Sequence record: NC_070956.1
Length of the DNA: 64,000 nucleotides
Direction: 5' to 3' (one strand)
The translations under genes were made by a program, and so were the position numbers. The notes under the pieces are model-generated. The model had not been told where the DNA came from. It worked only from the letters and a program-made list of their open reading frames with translations, and made no database searches. Within the stretch, counting starts at the first letter, position 1; the number at the start of each line of letters is the position of its first letter. This document shows, piece after piece, positions 29,840-39,434 of this stretch.

Positions 29840-30520
29840 ATGAACAACGTATTTGCTATTAAAGACATCCTTTCCATGAAACCTGTTTTCAACGCTCAAC
29901 TGATCCCCTTCCTTTCTCAAGGCCCGATGATCATCGGTAACGGTCCGTGCCGACCTGTAGTGGGTGTGAGCCGCCTCTACGAGACCACTACTGACATGGG
30001 TGCCAATGTGGCATACCGTGTTCGCCTGGGTGTCCACAATGAAGATTGTAGCGACGTGGTTGCTGAACGGATTGGCATGACGATCGTACTGATCCCCAAG
30101 CTGGCCACTGAAGAAGAATTCGCGGAACTACTCTGGACCGGTGTGTTGCGTGTTATCGGTCAACTTTACCGCCGTTACATCCGGGAAGAGAATGGCATCT
30201 CTCTGGGTAAATCCCTGACGGTTGAAGAGTACGTTCGAGGACTCATCTCTGTGGGAACATTTACCGATGAAGAAGTGGTGCTTGTTACCAAAGGTCACGA
30301 CATCACTCTGGAACGTGAAGGTGTGGTGTACTTCCAGGATGCATGTATCCAAACCGACTATGCTTCTCTCTGCTGTGTACGCAATGAAGAAGAACAAGTG
30401 ATCGGTACAGGTGCCCCGCGTTCCATGAAAGTGTCTCGACTGGTCAATGCCATCGACGCTGCCATAGAGGCAAAGGTCGAACACTGCTCTGAATTCGCTG
30501 AGAAAGTAATTGCTATCTAA
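29840..30520 (+). CDS. Hypothetical protein
   Basis: 226-aa ORF with AAGGGA RBS. Confidence 0.75.
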   Translation: MNNVFAIKDILSMKPVFNAQLIPFLSQGPMIIGNGPCRPVVGVSRLYETTTDMGANVAYRVRLGVHNEDCSDVVAERIGMTIVLIPKLATEEEFAELLWTGVLRVIGQLYRRYIREENGISLGKSLTVEEYVRGLISVGTFTDEEVVLVTKGHDITLEREGVVYFQDACIQTDYASLCCVRNEEEQVIGTGAPRSMKVSRLVNAIDAAIEAKVEHCSEFAEKVIAI

Positions 30521-30530
30521 GGAGATAGAA

Positions 30531-31265
30531 ATGCAAGCAGAAACAAAACTCACAATGAACCCACTGCTCCGTCTGATGTGTGTCGGTCCATCCAGGAATC
30601 TTCCTCCTGTAGAAAAGATGACCGCCACCAAGGGTAAGTGCCGGTACGACGCAGAACTGGTAAACCGGACAGCAAAAGACTGTGTGTACAAGATCAAGAT
30701 CACGTTCCCTGGCGGTGTCTACACCTATATCTGGTTGATACAGAACTATGTCGTTCAAGTTGTCCGGGTGTCATTCAACGAACTGCTTTCACCGACCAGT
30801 GTCAGTTTCACCTATGAAGGTGCGGCTGATCTCTTGGAGGGTTGGTTGAATGAGTTACTTCATGGGATCTACGTTCGAAACTATGATCCCGACTTTCATG
30901 AACTCCCGGTGAAGGAAGTCGTTTACAAAGAACTCCCGCCAGCGTTGTTTGAAGAGATAGATGTTAACGTCCGTAACGCCTGCTCGATTAACGAGGTGGG
31001 TTATGAGATCAGTTTCATCATCGCTTCCATTGTGGTACACGATAAGAGTGACAATCGAAAGCTTGCCATTCTGCGACGTTGGGGTTTCACCGACGTCGCT
31101 ATTGATCGTGAAAACGACATCCTGACCTTTAACCATTTCGGTCGGAAGGTTGTCCAGGATAGCAAGAGAGCCACTTGCATTCGCGGCGGTGTGTATCTTG
31201 GCCACAGCATGAATCTTCGTCAAGTTGTGGCCACCTGTATTGTAATCAGTGATAAGGATCGATAA
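30531..31265 (+). CDS. Hypothetical protein
   Basis: AAGGAG RBS before MQAETK. Confidence 0.75.
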   Translation: MQAETKLTMNPLLRLMCVGPSRNLPPVEKMTATKGKCRYDAELVNRTAKDCVYKIKITFPGGVYTYIWLIQNYVVQVVRVSFNELLSPTSVSFTYEGAADLLEGWLNELLHGIYVRNYDPDFHELPVKEVVYKELPPALFEEIDVNVRNACSINEVGYEISFIIASIVVHDKSDNRKLAILRRWGFTDVAIDRENDILTFNHFGRKVVQDSKRATCIRGGVYLGHSMNLRQVVATCIVISDKDR

Positions 31266-31667
31266 ATGAAAAAGTTTATGGCTGTGGTAACGATGCTGTT
31301 GATCGCATTCGGTATGTACTTCGTTTACAAAGTAGCTGAAGTCTACCAGGAACCTATCGAGACCCGCGGTAAACTTATCGAATGTTACATTGATGGCGAG
31401 GTAACTGTAAACCCCGCTTACAAATGTGACTACAAAGTAGGTGATGGTAAACATTACACCATAGAGATCTCTCGTCAGGATTGGAGAAAGGAATACTTTC
31501 GGGTTGGACATGAGCGCGATCTTCGTATCTATAACGATAACGTAGATGCAGTGATTATCATAGCCGCCATTTTGGAACTGTTCCTTTTCCTGTTCTTCCT
31601 TGCGATGTTTTGGACCTTGACCAGGTCTGAACCCAAAGAGGTAACTGCACGATGGAGAGAAGGATAA
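31266..31667 (+). CDS. Membrane protein, two TM segments flanking a small periplasmic-type domain
   Basis: FMAVVTMLLIAFGMYFVY and AVIIIAAILELFLFLFFLAMFW. Confidence 0.7.
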   Translation: MKKFMAVVTMLLIAFGMYFVYKVAEVYQEPIETRGKLIECYIDGEVTVNPAYKCDYKVGDGKHYTIEISRQDWRKEYFRVGHERDLRIYNDNVDAVIIIAAILELFLFLFFLAMFWTLTRSEPKEVTARWREG

Positions 31668-31828
31668 TGCTCATTGCTGGGGTGATCTCGATCATGATCG
31701 CCTTGGCTTTCTTTATCGATATCGTCGGGCTGATCAAGTCAGGTAACATCGGTAGCGAATTAGGCTGGCTCATACTTGGAGGTTTCTCCATGGGGCTAAT
31801 TGGTATTAAACTGTTAGACGAGGTATAA
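31667..31828 (+). CDS. Small two-TM protein (absent from ORF track)
   Basis: TAATG-coupled; MLIAGVISIMIALAFFIDIVGLIKSGNIGSELGWLILGGFSMGLIGIKLLDEV. Confidence 0.6.
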   Translation: MLIAGVISIMIALAFFIDIVGLIKSGNIGSELGWLILGGFSMGLIGIKLLDEV

Positions 31829-32191
31829 ATGAAGACCGAAGAAATCGTTAACGTACTGGGTCTGTTGGACAACGATCAGGACATCGAGGAAATTACCAAG
31901 GCTGGTATCAAGTCAGTACGTTGCGAGTCCCCTGAACCACACTGGATTATCGGGACTGATGGCGTTGCTCTTCGAGTCCGTTTCATAACGAGTATCGAGA
32001 CTGCCAACTTCTTCTCAATCAGTGTTGGGTTTGTCGAGGACGCTGAAGATCCCGAAGGGACTTTCAAGACAGTCGCCAAGTCTGACCGGGAGTGGGTGGA
32101 TCAGGAATACGAAACGTTGAAACAGATGATCTGTGCAACTGTTCGTGAACTGGTCTCTCCATGGAGCCCCGCCAACCCGGATCCGTTTTAA
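31829..32191 (+). CDS. Hypothetical protein
   Basis: GAGG RBS, 120 aa. Confidence 0.7.
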   Translation: MKTEEIVNVLGLLDNDQDIEEITKAGIKSVRCESPEPHWIIGTDGVALRVRFITSIETANFFSISVGFVEDAEDPEGTFKTVAKSDREWVDQEYETLKQMICATVRELVSPWSPANPDPF

Positions 32192-32200
32192 GGAGAAGTG

Positions 32201-32353
32201 ATGAACCTTGATAAAGGTGGCTCTATCGGACGTGCCATCCAGGAATATACCGAGTTTCAACTCTGGATGTCTGAACAAGAGCAAAACAAAAACTGTCTTC
32301 GGAACCAATCTAAGGGAGAACTCCGTATTCTCCCTAAACAAAAGAAGGATTAG
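32201..32353 (+). CDS. Small hypothetical protein (absent from ORF track)
   Basis: AAGGAG RBS; 50 aa MNLDKGGSIGRAIQEY...; fills the gap in the operon. Confidence 0.55.
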   Translation: MNLDKGGSIGRAIQEYTEFQLWMSEQEQNKNCLRNQSKGELRILPKQKKD

Positions 32354-32356
32354 ATA

Positions 32357-32875
32357 ATGAACAACATTTCAGTTGGCCAACTGAAAGCTCACCTCAAGTC
32401 AGCGGTACTGAGGTTCCTGGAAACCGACATGATCTCTCACGGTGACGAGATCATTTCCAAGATGACCGTCAAGAACCCTCCTAAGGGCGTAATGTCGTAC
32501 GGGTCGATCGTATTCGACTTAACCGAGAAAGCCATACCCTACGCTCCATCCCGGACCATCACGGCGAGCTTCGATAGCGCTGACATGTATGGCGACATGG
32601 ATAAAGCCGTTGAAGATGCTGTCTTCCAGTACCTCAACAACGTTGGTGCAGAATCTATCGCCCTGATTCCTGGTCACGAAGTGGTCAAGAGCGGTGTCGG
32701 ATTTGAAGTGACAGTGAGGGATGGCGACATCATCCTGTACAACGCCTCCATGAAAGTTCCGGCTAACATGAAGGAAGGGTTGGACGCTGCCTTTGATCAA
32801 GCCGTTGATCTGGCCATGGTGGTCAAATACAAACGGATGGTTTCCGATCGTAGTTTCGACAGCGTGGTAATCTGA
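32357..32875 (+). CDS. Hypothetical protein
   Basis: 172-aa ORF with AAGGA RBS. Confidence 0.75.
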   Translation: MNNISVGQLKAHLKSAVLRFLETDMISHGDEIISKMTVKNPPKGVMSYGSIVFDLTEKAIPYAPSRTITASFDSADMYGDMDKAVEDAVFQYLNNVGAESIALIPGHEVVKSGVGFEVTVRDGDIILYNASMKVPANMKEGLDAAFDQAVDLAMVVKYKRMVSDRSFDSVVI

Positions 32876-32885
32876 CAATAATACA

Positions 32886-32917
32886 AACCCCTTACTCCCT
32901 CTTGGGAGTAAGGGGTT
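32886..32917. terminator. Bidirectional terminator
   Basis: AACCCCTTACTCCC-TCTT-GGGAGTAAGGGGTT between convergent genes. Confidence 0.85.
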
Positions 32918-32927
32918 GTAACTAACT

Positions 32928-33281
32928 TTATTTCTTTCCTTTATAATGGCTTTCGCCACCAACCCTAACAGCTACATACATGAGTTGGTAATAACGCCAC
33001 GACAGTTTGAGTCGGACCTCCATGTTGTATTTAAACAACTTGTCCGCTTCTTCACGACTCCACATCCCAGTTGCGTACATATAGTCATGCACTAGGGCTG
33101 CTGGGAGGTACGTGTGAAATGATGGATAGAAGGATTGTAATGCTCTTCCTGTGCTAGCACCATTACTCCTGAATCCCTTAGGGACTGTACATTCCGGTGT
33201 AACATAGTCTTCCAGCAAGACCATTGTACCGTTGGTATAGTCGAACTCTACTTTAGGTTTAGCAAATACGAACTCTGACAT
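32928..33281 (-). CDS. DUF1353 family protein
   Basis: VPKGFRSNGAS, AALVHDYMY, REEADKLF, MYVAVRVGG. Confidence 0.8.
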   Translation of the reverse strand: MSEFVFAKPKVEFDYTNGTMVLLEDYVTPECTVPKGFRSNGASTGRALQSFYPSFHTYLPAALVHDYMYATGMWSREEADKLFKYNMEVRLKLSWRYYQLMYVAVRVGGESHYKGKK

Positions 33282-33309
33282 AATGACCTCTGTTTAATGT
33301 GCAAATGAT

Positions 33310-33334
33310 TTCAGAGGTATATTATCTTAGTGGA
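33310..33334 (+). promoter_or_regulatory. Putative phage early promoter (copy 4, variant)
   Basis: TTCAGAGGTATATTATCTTAGTGGA, ~30 bp before 33366. Confidence 0.6.
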
Positions 33335-33365
33335 TAAACTAATTTAATTTTTGTGAGGACCTATT

Positions 33366-34376
33366 ATGTTACCCATTATTGTTGGTGGTATCGCTCTGGC
33401 TGCAATCTTCGGTGGTAAGAAAGCATATACTGGACACAGGAAGAATGAAAGCGCTGAGGAATTGCTCACACTATCAGAGACTTGTCGAGTAGAGAGCGAA
33501 GAGAGTATTAAGCGTTCATCCGAATCACTGGATGAACTCATTAACAACTACACACTGTTCTGTTCTGAATTTGGGAAGGAAATCAATTCCTTTACTATAT
33601 TGGCTAAAGAAGTGACCGGTGTTCCTGTCACAGAGCTTAACCTGAACATTAAGTATGATGACCTGGTTATCGCAACCAACTACGGTGAAGTTGCTAAGAG
33701 TATCGCGACAACAATTTCAGGTGGCGTACTCACTGGCGCACTGATGGGGTTTGGCGGTTGGGGGAGTATGTTGTCTCTAGGCGTCGCTAGTACAGGCACA
33801 CCCATTTCCGCGTTAGCTGGTGCGTCGGCTACCAACGCAGCCCTGGCTGCATTTGGTGGTGGTAGTCTGGCTACTGGCGGTTTGGGTATCGCCGGCGGTG
33901 TAGCCAGTCTGTCCGGAATCACTGTAGTTCCCGCTCTGGCAGCAATGGGTTGGAAATATGACCGTGACGCCACCGCTAAATTAGATAGTGCGCTTAATGT
34001 GGCCGAGCCCGCTTTAGAATTGCGCGAGAATGCCAGGAAGCTCGATACGTTCGTTACCGAATTAGAAGAGTACATCGGTTTGGTAATGACCGCGCTAACC
34101 AGAATCCGCGAAGTCTTTGGTGAATACCACGAAGCACTGCGTAATCTCGATATTCTTATAAAAGAACGTCGAGTAAGCGAAATCGTGGAAGATGAAGAAA
34201 AACGCATCATTTCGAACGCAATGAACCTGGGTCAGATCGCAGCCAAGATCATGACCACACCTCTGCTGGTCACTGAAACTGTAGACAACGAGCTTGTCAT
34301 CAAGAAGAATGATGACGACCTCCCTGAAATAAATTGTGATGGTTTCATGGCTATAATGGAGAGTGCTAATCCCTAA
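33366..34376 (+). CDS. Coiled-coil protein with long glycine/alanine-rich hydrophobic hairpin (alpha-pore-former-like)
   Basis: N-terminal hydrophobic MLPIIVGGIALAAIFGG; central GVASTGTPISALAGASATNAALAAFGGGSLATGGLGIAGG flanked by amphipathic helices. Confidence 0.65.
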   Translation: MLPIIVGGIALAAIFGGKKAYTGHRKNESAEELLTLSETCRVESEESIKRSSESLDELINNYTLFCSEFGKEINSFTILAKEVTGVPVTELNLNIKYDDLVIATNYGEVAKSIATTISGGVLTGALMGFGGWGSMLSLGVASTGTPISALAGASATNAALAAFGGGSLATGGLGIAGGVASLSGITVVPALAAMGWKYDRDATAKLDSALNVAEPALELRENARKLDTFVTELEEYIGLVMTALTRIREVFGEYHEALRNLDILIKERRVSEIVEDEEKRIISNAMNLGQIAAKIMTTPLLVTETVDNELVIKKNDDDLPEINCDGFMAIMESANP

Positions 34377-34387
34377 TAGGAGTAAAT

Positions 34388-35962
34388 ATGCAAACTCAAA
34401 CTTATGATTGGACTGGTGAGTTCAACAAAATGATGTTAAACAGTCTGATCACAACGTTTGGATTAGACCCAATGTTGTTTGATGACAAACGGGGCGGTAA
34501 CGTTACCACTCTCCACAATGTTCGTTCAGAAGGTCTTGTAGCTGGAGAACATCATCGTGAACTGATAGCGAATAAGCCAGGGTATGACGCACACGCCGCT
34601 CATAACGTTAAGGAATTCCTTGACGCTAAAGCCGAACTCAAGGTATTGCGTAAAAGCGGTGCAGAGATCCAGGATGCTTACTCGGATCAAATCCTTAACA
34701 ATTCCAGAACTGACCTGGATCACATTGTCTCTGCTAAGGCGATTGATGCGGATCCGGCAAGAATCATTTCTGGATTGAACGTAGGTGAACTTGCCGCTAT
34801 AGAGGAAAACCTCACTCCTACCTCTGCAAGTATTAACCGTTCTAAAGGCGCTGATTCCGCTGATGAGTTCGAGAAGCGTATTAAACGTGATCAGAAAGTC
34901 AGGGATAAGTTCAGAGCGAGTATCGCTGGGAGAACAGATCTCTCCAAGGAAGAACAGCAAACCCTTAATCTTTACGATCAACAAGAGATGATCGATTTCG
35001 ATAAGATGCGGGAGCTTGAAGCAAAGGCCAATAACGCTCGTCAACGTAAAGAGGACGATGCTTATTATGCGAGTGTGGACTTTGCCAAGCACACAATCAA
35101 GGACGCCGGTATTAGCGGTGTAAAGAACGGGACCAAGTTGGTACTCGGCACTTTGTTCACTGAACTCTGGTTTGAACTTAAAGCAGGCATCCCCGAGATC
35201 TATAAGAAACATTCCGGACATTTCGTTCTCGTTAACTTTATGTCTGATGTTCGTGATCTCCTGGATAAATGCTGGGAACGGATCATGGTTAAGATAGCTG
35301 AGGTTCCGGCGTTGTTTATGAACGGCTTGTTCTCTGGTGTAATTACCAGTGTAACGACCACCATAGTTAACAAGGCCACCACTACCGTTAAGCTCTTTGG
35401 TCGTTTCTTCAGAACGATCTTTGATGCCATTATCGCCAGTATCAAAATGATTGTATTCCCGCCAGCAGGTATGAAGGCTAGCGAACGCGCCCAAGGTGTT
35501 GTGAACATCCTGTCAGTAGCAATCGCTGGGTGCGTAGGGATCGCCGTTAATGGTGCTGTAAATGCCAGTTACACAGGTCCCTTCGCAGAAGAGGTTGGTC
35601 TCTTCCTGGGCATGCTTGCCACGGGTATTGTAACTATTACTTGTGGCTATTTCATTAACCATTCACCAACAGTTCAAAAGTTCTGGAATTTCTTCAACCA
35701 TTTCAAATCAACAGAGGTGCAAACTCTCGAACATACTAATATGCTTAATGAGAAGTTAAATAAGTTGTTCGAGGATATCGCTGAAGTTGAAATGGGGCTG
35801 GATGCAGAAGAACTTTCACAGTTTGTTTCATCCTTGCGTGGAAGCAGTACTGAATCTGATCGCACTCAAGTACTGAAAGTACAGATCGAGAAGATGGGTA
35901 TTGACTCACCATTCATCCCAGGAGATATCGAATCCATCGATTCCTGGTTAGCAACACTTTAA
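34388..35962 (+). CDS. HNH/His-Me-finger nuclease-like domain with C-terminal membrane helices
   Basis: DLDHIVS...ENLTPTSASINRSKG; hydrophobic AIAGCVGIAVNGAV / VGLFLGMLATGIVTITCGYF. Confidence 0.6.
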   Translation: MQTQTYDWTGEFNKMMLNSLITTFGLDPMLFDDKRGGNVTTLHNVRSEGLVAGEHHRELIANKPGYDAHAAHNVKEFLDAKAELKVLRKSGAEIQDAYSDQILNNSRTDLDHIVSAKAIDADPARIISGLNVGELAAIEENLTPTSASINRSKGADSADEFEKRIKRDQKVRDKFRASIAGRTDLSKEEQQTLNLYDQQEMIDFDKMRELEAKANNARQRKEDDAYYASVDFAKHTIKDAGISGVKNGTKLVLGTLFTELWFELKAGIPEIYKKHSGHFVLVNFMSDVRDLLDKCWERIMVKIAEVPALFMNGLFSGVITSVTTTIVNKATTTVKLFGRFFRTIFDAIIASIKMIVFPPAGMKASERAQGVVNILSVAIAGCVGIAVNGAVNASYTGPFAEEVGLFLGMLATGIVTITCGYFINHSPTVQKFWNFFNHFKSTEVQTLEHTNMLNEKLNKLFEDIAEVEMGLDAEELSQFVSSLRGSSTESDRTQVLKVQIEKMGIDSPFIPGDIESIDSWLATL

Positions 35963-35981
35963 ACCAATTGAGGTAACTACC

Positions 35982-36440
35982 ATGAAAAAGATTGTTATTG
36001 CTAGCGCTTTTGTATTTGGTTCATTTGCAGTTCAAGCCGCTGACGTAGCCGTGTTGGGTGGTGGAATGTCCTATCACTTCAAACATGAAGGTCAGAACCA
36101 GGTACATCCCAGCACCGGGGTACAGATCGATAACTTCTCCGTTCTGTACACCACCAAGAACTCCATTGAACTCCCGTCCCTCCAGGTAGCTTATGGGGAC
36201 AACTTCTTTGAATCCAAAGTTGTTGACTTCGGATATCGGGTTGGCCTTGCCACTGGGTATCGTAAGGGGCACAAGTACAGTAACGGTGAATACTACTACG
36301 ATGGGCACGAAATCGGAAACACTGGACTCCTCCCTCTGGTGACCATCACCACCACCATCCACACTCCAATCCCCAAACTTGACTTGGTCGCTGATACAGC
36401 ACCTAACGTAGTAATGTTTGGTTTTAAATACAACCTGTAA
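35982..36440 (+). CDS. Small outer-membrane beta-barrel, PagP-like
   Basis: Signal peptide ending AVQA; SYHF..N.VHP..G; KNS; GLATGY; alternating beta pattern and C-terminal FGFKYNL. Confidence 0.6.
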   Translation: MKKIVIASAFVFGSFAVQAADVAVLGGGMSYHFKHEGQNQVHPSTGVQIDNFSVLYTTKNSIELPSLQVAYGDNFFESKVVDFGYRVGLATGYRKGHKYSNGEYYYDGHEIGNTGLLPLVTITTTIHTPIPKLDLVADTAPNVVMFGFKYNL

Positions 36441-36450
36441 GGAGTTAACC

Positions 36451-36681
36451 ATGTCTATTCTGGAAATGATCGCACTGGCTTGCAGTCTGTTTGTCATCGC
36501 TGTGTCGTTCATCGCGATATATCATATCAACAGAATGAAGAATCTCTGCTACCACGATTATGTTGTTCGTGGTGAGATCCGGAGGATCAGACTGGTGACT
36601 TGGTCCATCAATGCGTTCCTTCTGATCAGTGTTCTCAGACTGGTCATGTCGATCTGGATCTATTTCAGCAAAATGTTCTAA
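36451..36681 (+). CDS. Small two-TM protein
   Basis: AAGGAG RBS before MSILEM; two hydrophobic segments. Confidence 0.65.
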   Translation: MSILEMIALACSLFVIAVSFIAIYHINRMKNLCYHDYVVRGEIRRIRLVTWSINAFLLISVLRLVMSIWIYFSKMF

Positions 36682-36697
36682 TCTATATTTTCTTACC

Positions 36698-36716
36698 TAG
36701 ATATCATTGTTATGTC
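36698..36716 (+). promoter_or_regulatory. Putative phage early promoter (copy 5, TATCATT variant)
   Basis: TAGATATCATTGTTATGTC. Confidence 0.55.
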
Positions 36717-36757
36717 AATGAGTAGAAGTATCCATCCATAAACAAAGGAATAATATC

Positions 36758-37579
36758 ATGAAAACTCTGCCTAATGAATTCCTGAAAGTAAACCCGATCG
36801 CAAGCCAAGTCATCCCGCTCTACTTTGAAGATGCGTGGAACATGAACTCCCAGGGTTCTTGGAAGATCAATGGACGTCATGATGATGTCGGTTACGACGT
36901 CGAGATCGTTCACGCCTTGGGCTCTGTAATCGTCCGTGGGACGTTTGGGCACAATGTTGGTGTCATTACCATGCCCCGGAATAGCATGGCTAAAATGGCC
37001 ATTGGAGAGAGCATGGTGCAGGCAGTTGGTAATCTTGACAACTCGCGTCTCTGTAGCGAAGCCAACCCCCAGTCCAAAGATAAGATCCTGGCTCTGTTCG
37101 ATGGCGCGTTCTCCAGGGCCAAACGCGAGGTCAACTACCTCAAAGCAAGTAACGCCGGCAACAAGGGTGCTGATCTGATGCGTCAAGCCGAGTTCATCGG
37201 CCTGGGTGCGATTCTGACCCGACTGATTGCGAACCGGAAGATCTCCATGGGTGACTTCGAAGTACTCACCATGAGTGGTTGGGAGATTGATTTCGATCGC
37301 ATGACCGAGATCAACGAAGGCAAAGTTGGTCTCTTCGATGCCCCGGCTATCATCCTTCGTTCGACTGCAAAGGTGGATATCCACGTCACTCTCAAGGCGA
37401 CAGGTACTATTATAGTCTCCTTGATAGAACAGGTTGAAGGAGAGGTCATTCACCGGACAACTCTCCCCATGGGAGTATGTGACCAGATCACCGGCACTCA
37501 TTCCTCGTTGAATGAGAACTGCACCAGCATGTTCGTAGAACTCTCCAAGTATATTTTAGGGGGTAAGAACAGGAGTTAA
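36758..37579 (+). CDS. Hypothetical protein
   Basis: 273-aa ORF with AAGGA RBS. Confidence 0.75.
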   Translation: MKTLPNEFLKVNPIASQVIPLYFEDAWNMNSQGSWKINGRHDDVGYDVEIVHALGSVIVRGTFGHNVGVITMPRNSMAKMAIGESMVQAVGNLDNSRLCSEANPQSKDKILALFDGAFSRAKREVNYLKASNAGNKGADLMRQAEFIGLGAILTRLIANRKISMGDFEVLTMSGWEIDFDRMTEINEGKVGLFDAPAIILRSTAKVDIHVTLKATGTIIVSLIEQVEGEVIHRTTLPMGVCDQITGTHSSLNENCTSMFVELSKYILGGKNRS

Positions 37580-37581
37580 CC

Positions 37582-37950
37582 GTGAAACCCATCAGGATCA
37601 ATCCGAGAGCTCAAGCGATTAACGTGGACTACTTGCCCACGCCAAAGCAGTTGGAAGAATGGCACGATGAAGATGCAGTCATTAATCATCTAGCCAAGAA
37701 AGTATTAACAAAGTGGTATCAAGTACCTGCCAATAAGGTAGAGAAAGATAAAGCATTGTTATTCCTTCCGCAGGGTAAGTTGTACGACACACTTATTCCG
37801 AAGATGGGAATAAACAAGAGGGATGCGTTTAACCACATGGTGATCGTCCATGGGATGACTAACCCAGGTTCATTGCAACTTCATTTGATGATGTACTTTC
37901 TCTGTAAGTGGTTTACTAAGAGCTCTCTGAGAACTTATTCTGAAACCTAA
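37582..37950 (+). CDS. Hypothetical protein
   Basis: AGGAG RBS, GTG start. Confidence 0.65.
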   Translation: MKPIRINPRAQAINVDYLPTPKQLEEWHDEDAVINHLAKKVLTKWYQVPANKVEKDKALLFLPQGKLYDTLIPKMGINKRDAFNHMVIVHGMTNPGSLQLHLMMYFLCKWFTKSSLRTYSET

Positions 37951-37951
37951 T

Positions 37952-37984
37952 AACTCCCTATCACCCACCGGGTGATAGGGAGTT
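37952..37984. terminator. Bidirectional terminator
   Basis: AACTCCCTATCACCC-ACC-GGGTGATAGGGAGTT. Confidence 0.85.
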
Positions 37985-37992
37985 TACTTTAT

Positions 37993-39336
37993 CTACTTTT
38001 TCTTTTTCGTCATTGGAATGACAACAGGTCTTTTATATCTGTCATCATCACGGTAAATTTGGAGATACATCAACTCGTCGTCACCTTCTGGTTCAGCGTA
38101 CACTTTGAAGGGATAGAAAGTCAAGTTATCTTTGTTTTGTGTGGGATTCGTGTAGTATCCATTTATCGTTGCATTCAGATAAGATTTTCCCAACCCGGTA
38201 GAAACGTCGGTGTAAGGAATAGCGGGAATTCGAATGCTAGGAATGGGTTCTGGATGTCCAAACTCCATCATGGAGTAATCCATAAAGAATTCATATTCTA
38301 TTGGTGTTCTGGGGATAACGAACCTGCTGTAATCAACCTGAAGGACTGGCTTGTTCAATCCAATTGAATACGTCACATATTTATTATCACTCCTCCTCGG
38401 AACTGAAATTGTAACACGACCCCAGGCGATGTACTGGTGATCATGTTTTGTTTTGGCCGTTACATGGAGGGAATCACCGGTGTAGTAGTTCTTCGGCACT
38501 ATATTGATATCGTAGAGATCGATATCGCTTTTTACTATCATGGTGTCCGGAGAAAATACAGCGTCCTCTGAAGGAATGTAGAATGAAAGATCGTAACAGC
38601 TTTCTTTAACGTTCTCTTTCACAACCACGCCATTTATCAAGCGGGATTGGAAGGGATATGTGTTGTGCCCCACACCGCCTTGATCAGTCAGCGGGTTAAC
38701 TACCCTGATTTCGTAGGTTTTATCCAGCATGACTGATTTAAAGGTCACCACTCTTTTACTTGGATCTTGACTATCATCCAAGGAAGGAGTTATCTGGTCT
38801 TCAAACCACACGTTGCGATTAAAGAACTCGATTAACTCTAAATCAACTACTTTTTGTTCGTTTCCTCCCAGCATCGACGGGATGTGAATGAAGTAGTAAG
38901 TCCAATTCCCTTCACCTCCGATTCGGATTAGTTTTGGTGGAGTTCCAACGGAGATCCAATAGCTACTCTGGTTGGCCGTTTGGAAGTCATCCCAATCACC
39001 GTAACTCTTACACGGAATAACCGACCTATCGACCAACTGGTCCATTGTATAAATCGGGCATTCGATCACACAGTCGGGATAGACATATCCAGTTTTACGG
39101 TTCATGTGTGTAAGCCGGATATGGCTATCGTCAATCCGTATGGGACGTTCGAGATAAAAGTCGTTTTCAAATCCAGGTTGATAATAACGATCCAGACGAC
39201 TTAACTCCGCGTTGTCGTTTTCAGACATTGCTGTTGCTCGTCGTTTAACCACGCTCTTGATTATGGCGTCCATTACGACGCAACTTCTTGGGTGGATCCC
39301 AAGGTTAATACCTTCGGTGCGATGATCAGCCATCAC
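37993..39336 (-). CDS. Putative virion protein, shortest member of the shared-N-terminal-domain family
   Basis: SVVKRR...RYYQ..ENDFYLE...RKTGY...D.VIE aligns by eye with the N-termini of the genes at 42581-57579; AAGGA RBS (GTG 39336 / ATG 39333). Confidence 0.6.
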   Translation of the reverse strand: MMADHRTEGINLGIHPRSCVVMDAIIKSVVKRRATAMSENDNAELSRLDRYYQPGFENDFYLERPIRIDDSHIRLTHMNRKTGYVYPDCVIECPIYTMDQLVDRSVIPCKSYGDWDDFQTANQSSYWISVGTPPKLIRIGGEGNWTYYFIHIPSMLGGNEQKVVDLELIEFFNRNVWFEDQITPSLDDSQDPSKRVVTFKSVMLDKTYEIRVVNPLTDQGGVGHNTYPFQSRLINGVVVKENVKESCYDLSFYIPSEDAVFSPDTMIVKSDIDLYDINIVPKNYYTGDSLHVTAKTKHDHQYIAWGRVTISVPRRSDNKYVTYSIGLNKPVLQVDYSRFVIPRTPIEYEFFMDYSMMEFGHPEPIPSIRIPAIPYTDVSTGLGKSYLNATINGYYTNPTQNKDNLTFYPFKVYAEPEGDDELMYLQIYRDDDRYKRPVVIPMTKKKK

Positions 39337-39368
39337 TTATTCCTTTCTCAAATACAATTGCCCGAAAT

Positions 39369-39381
39369 TAGGCATAGGATT
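39369..39381 (-). promoter_or_regulatory. Putative late promoter (TATG-type)
   Basis: Minus strand AATCCTATGCCTA, TATG ~37 nt upstream of the start. Confidence 0.4.
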
Positions 39382-39409
39382 CATTGTGAAAAATTAATCT
39401 GGAAATGAG

Positions 39410-39434
39410 TTCAGACATATATAATTACAGTGTA
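39410..39434 (+). promoter_or_regulatory. Putative phage early promoter (copy 6, variant)
   Basis: TTCAGACATATATAATTACAGTGTA, same TTCAGA-to-TGT spacing as the other copies. Confidence 0.55.

Noticed and set aside
32928-33281. DUF1353 gene as part of the pore-former/nuclease cassette
   Set aside because: Divergently oriented and common in phages independently; nothing in the sequence links it to the cassette
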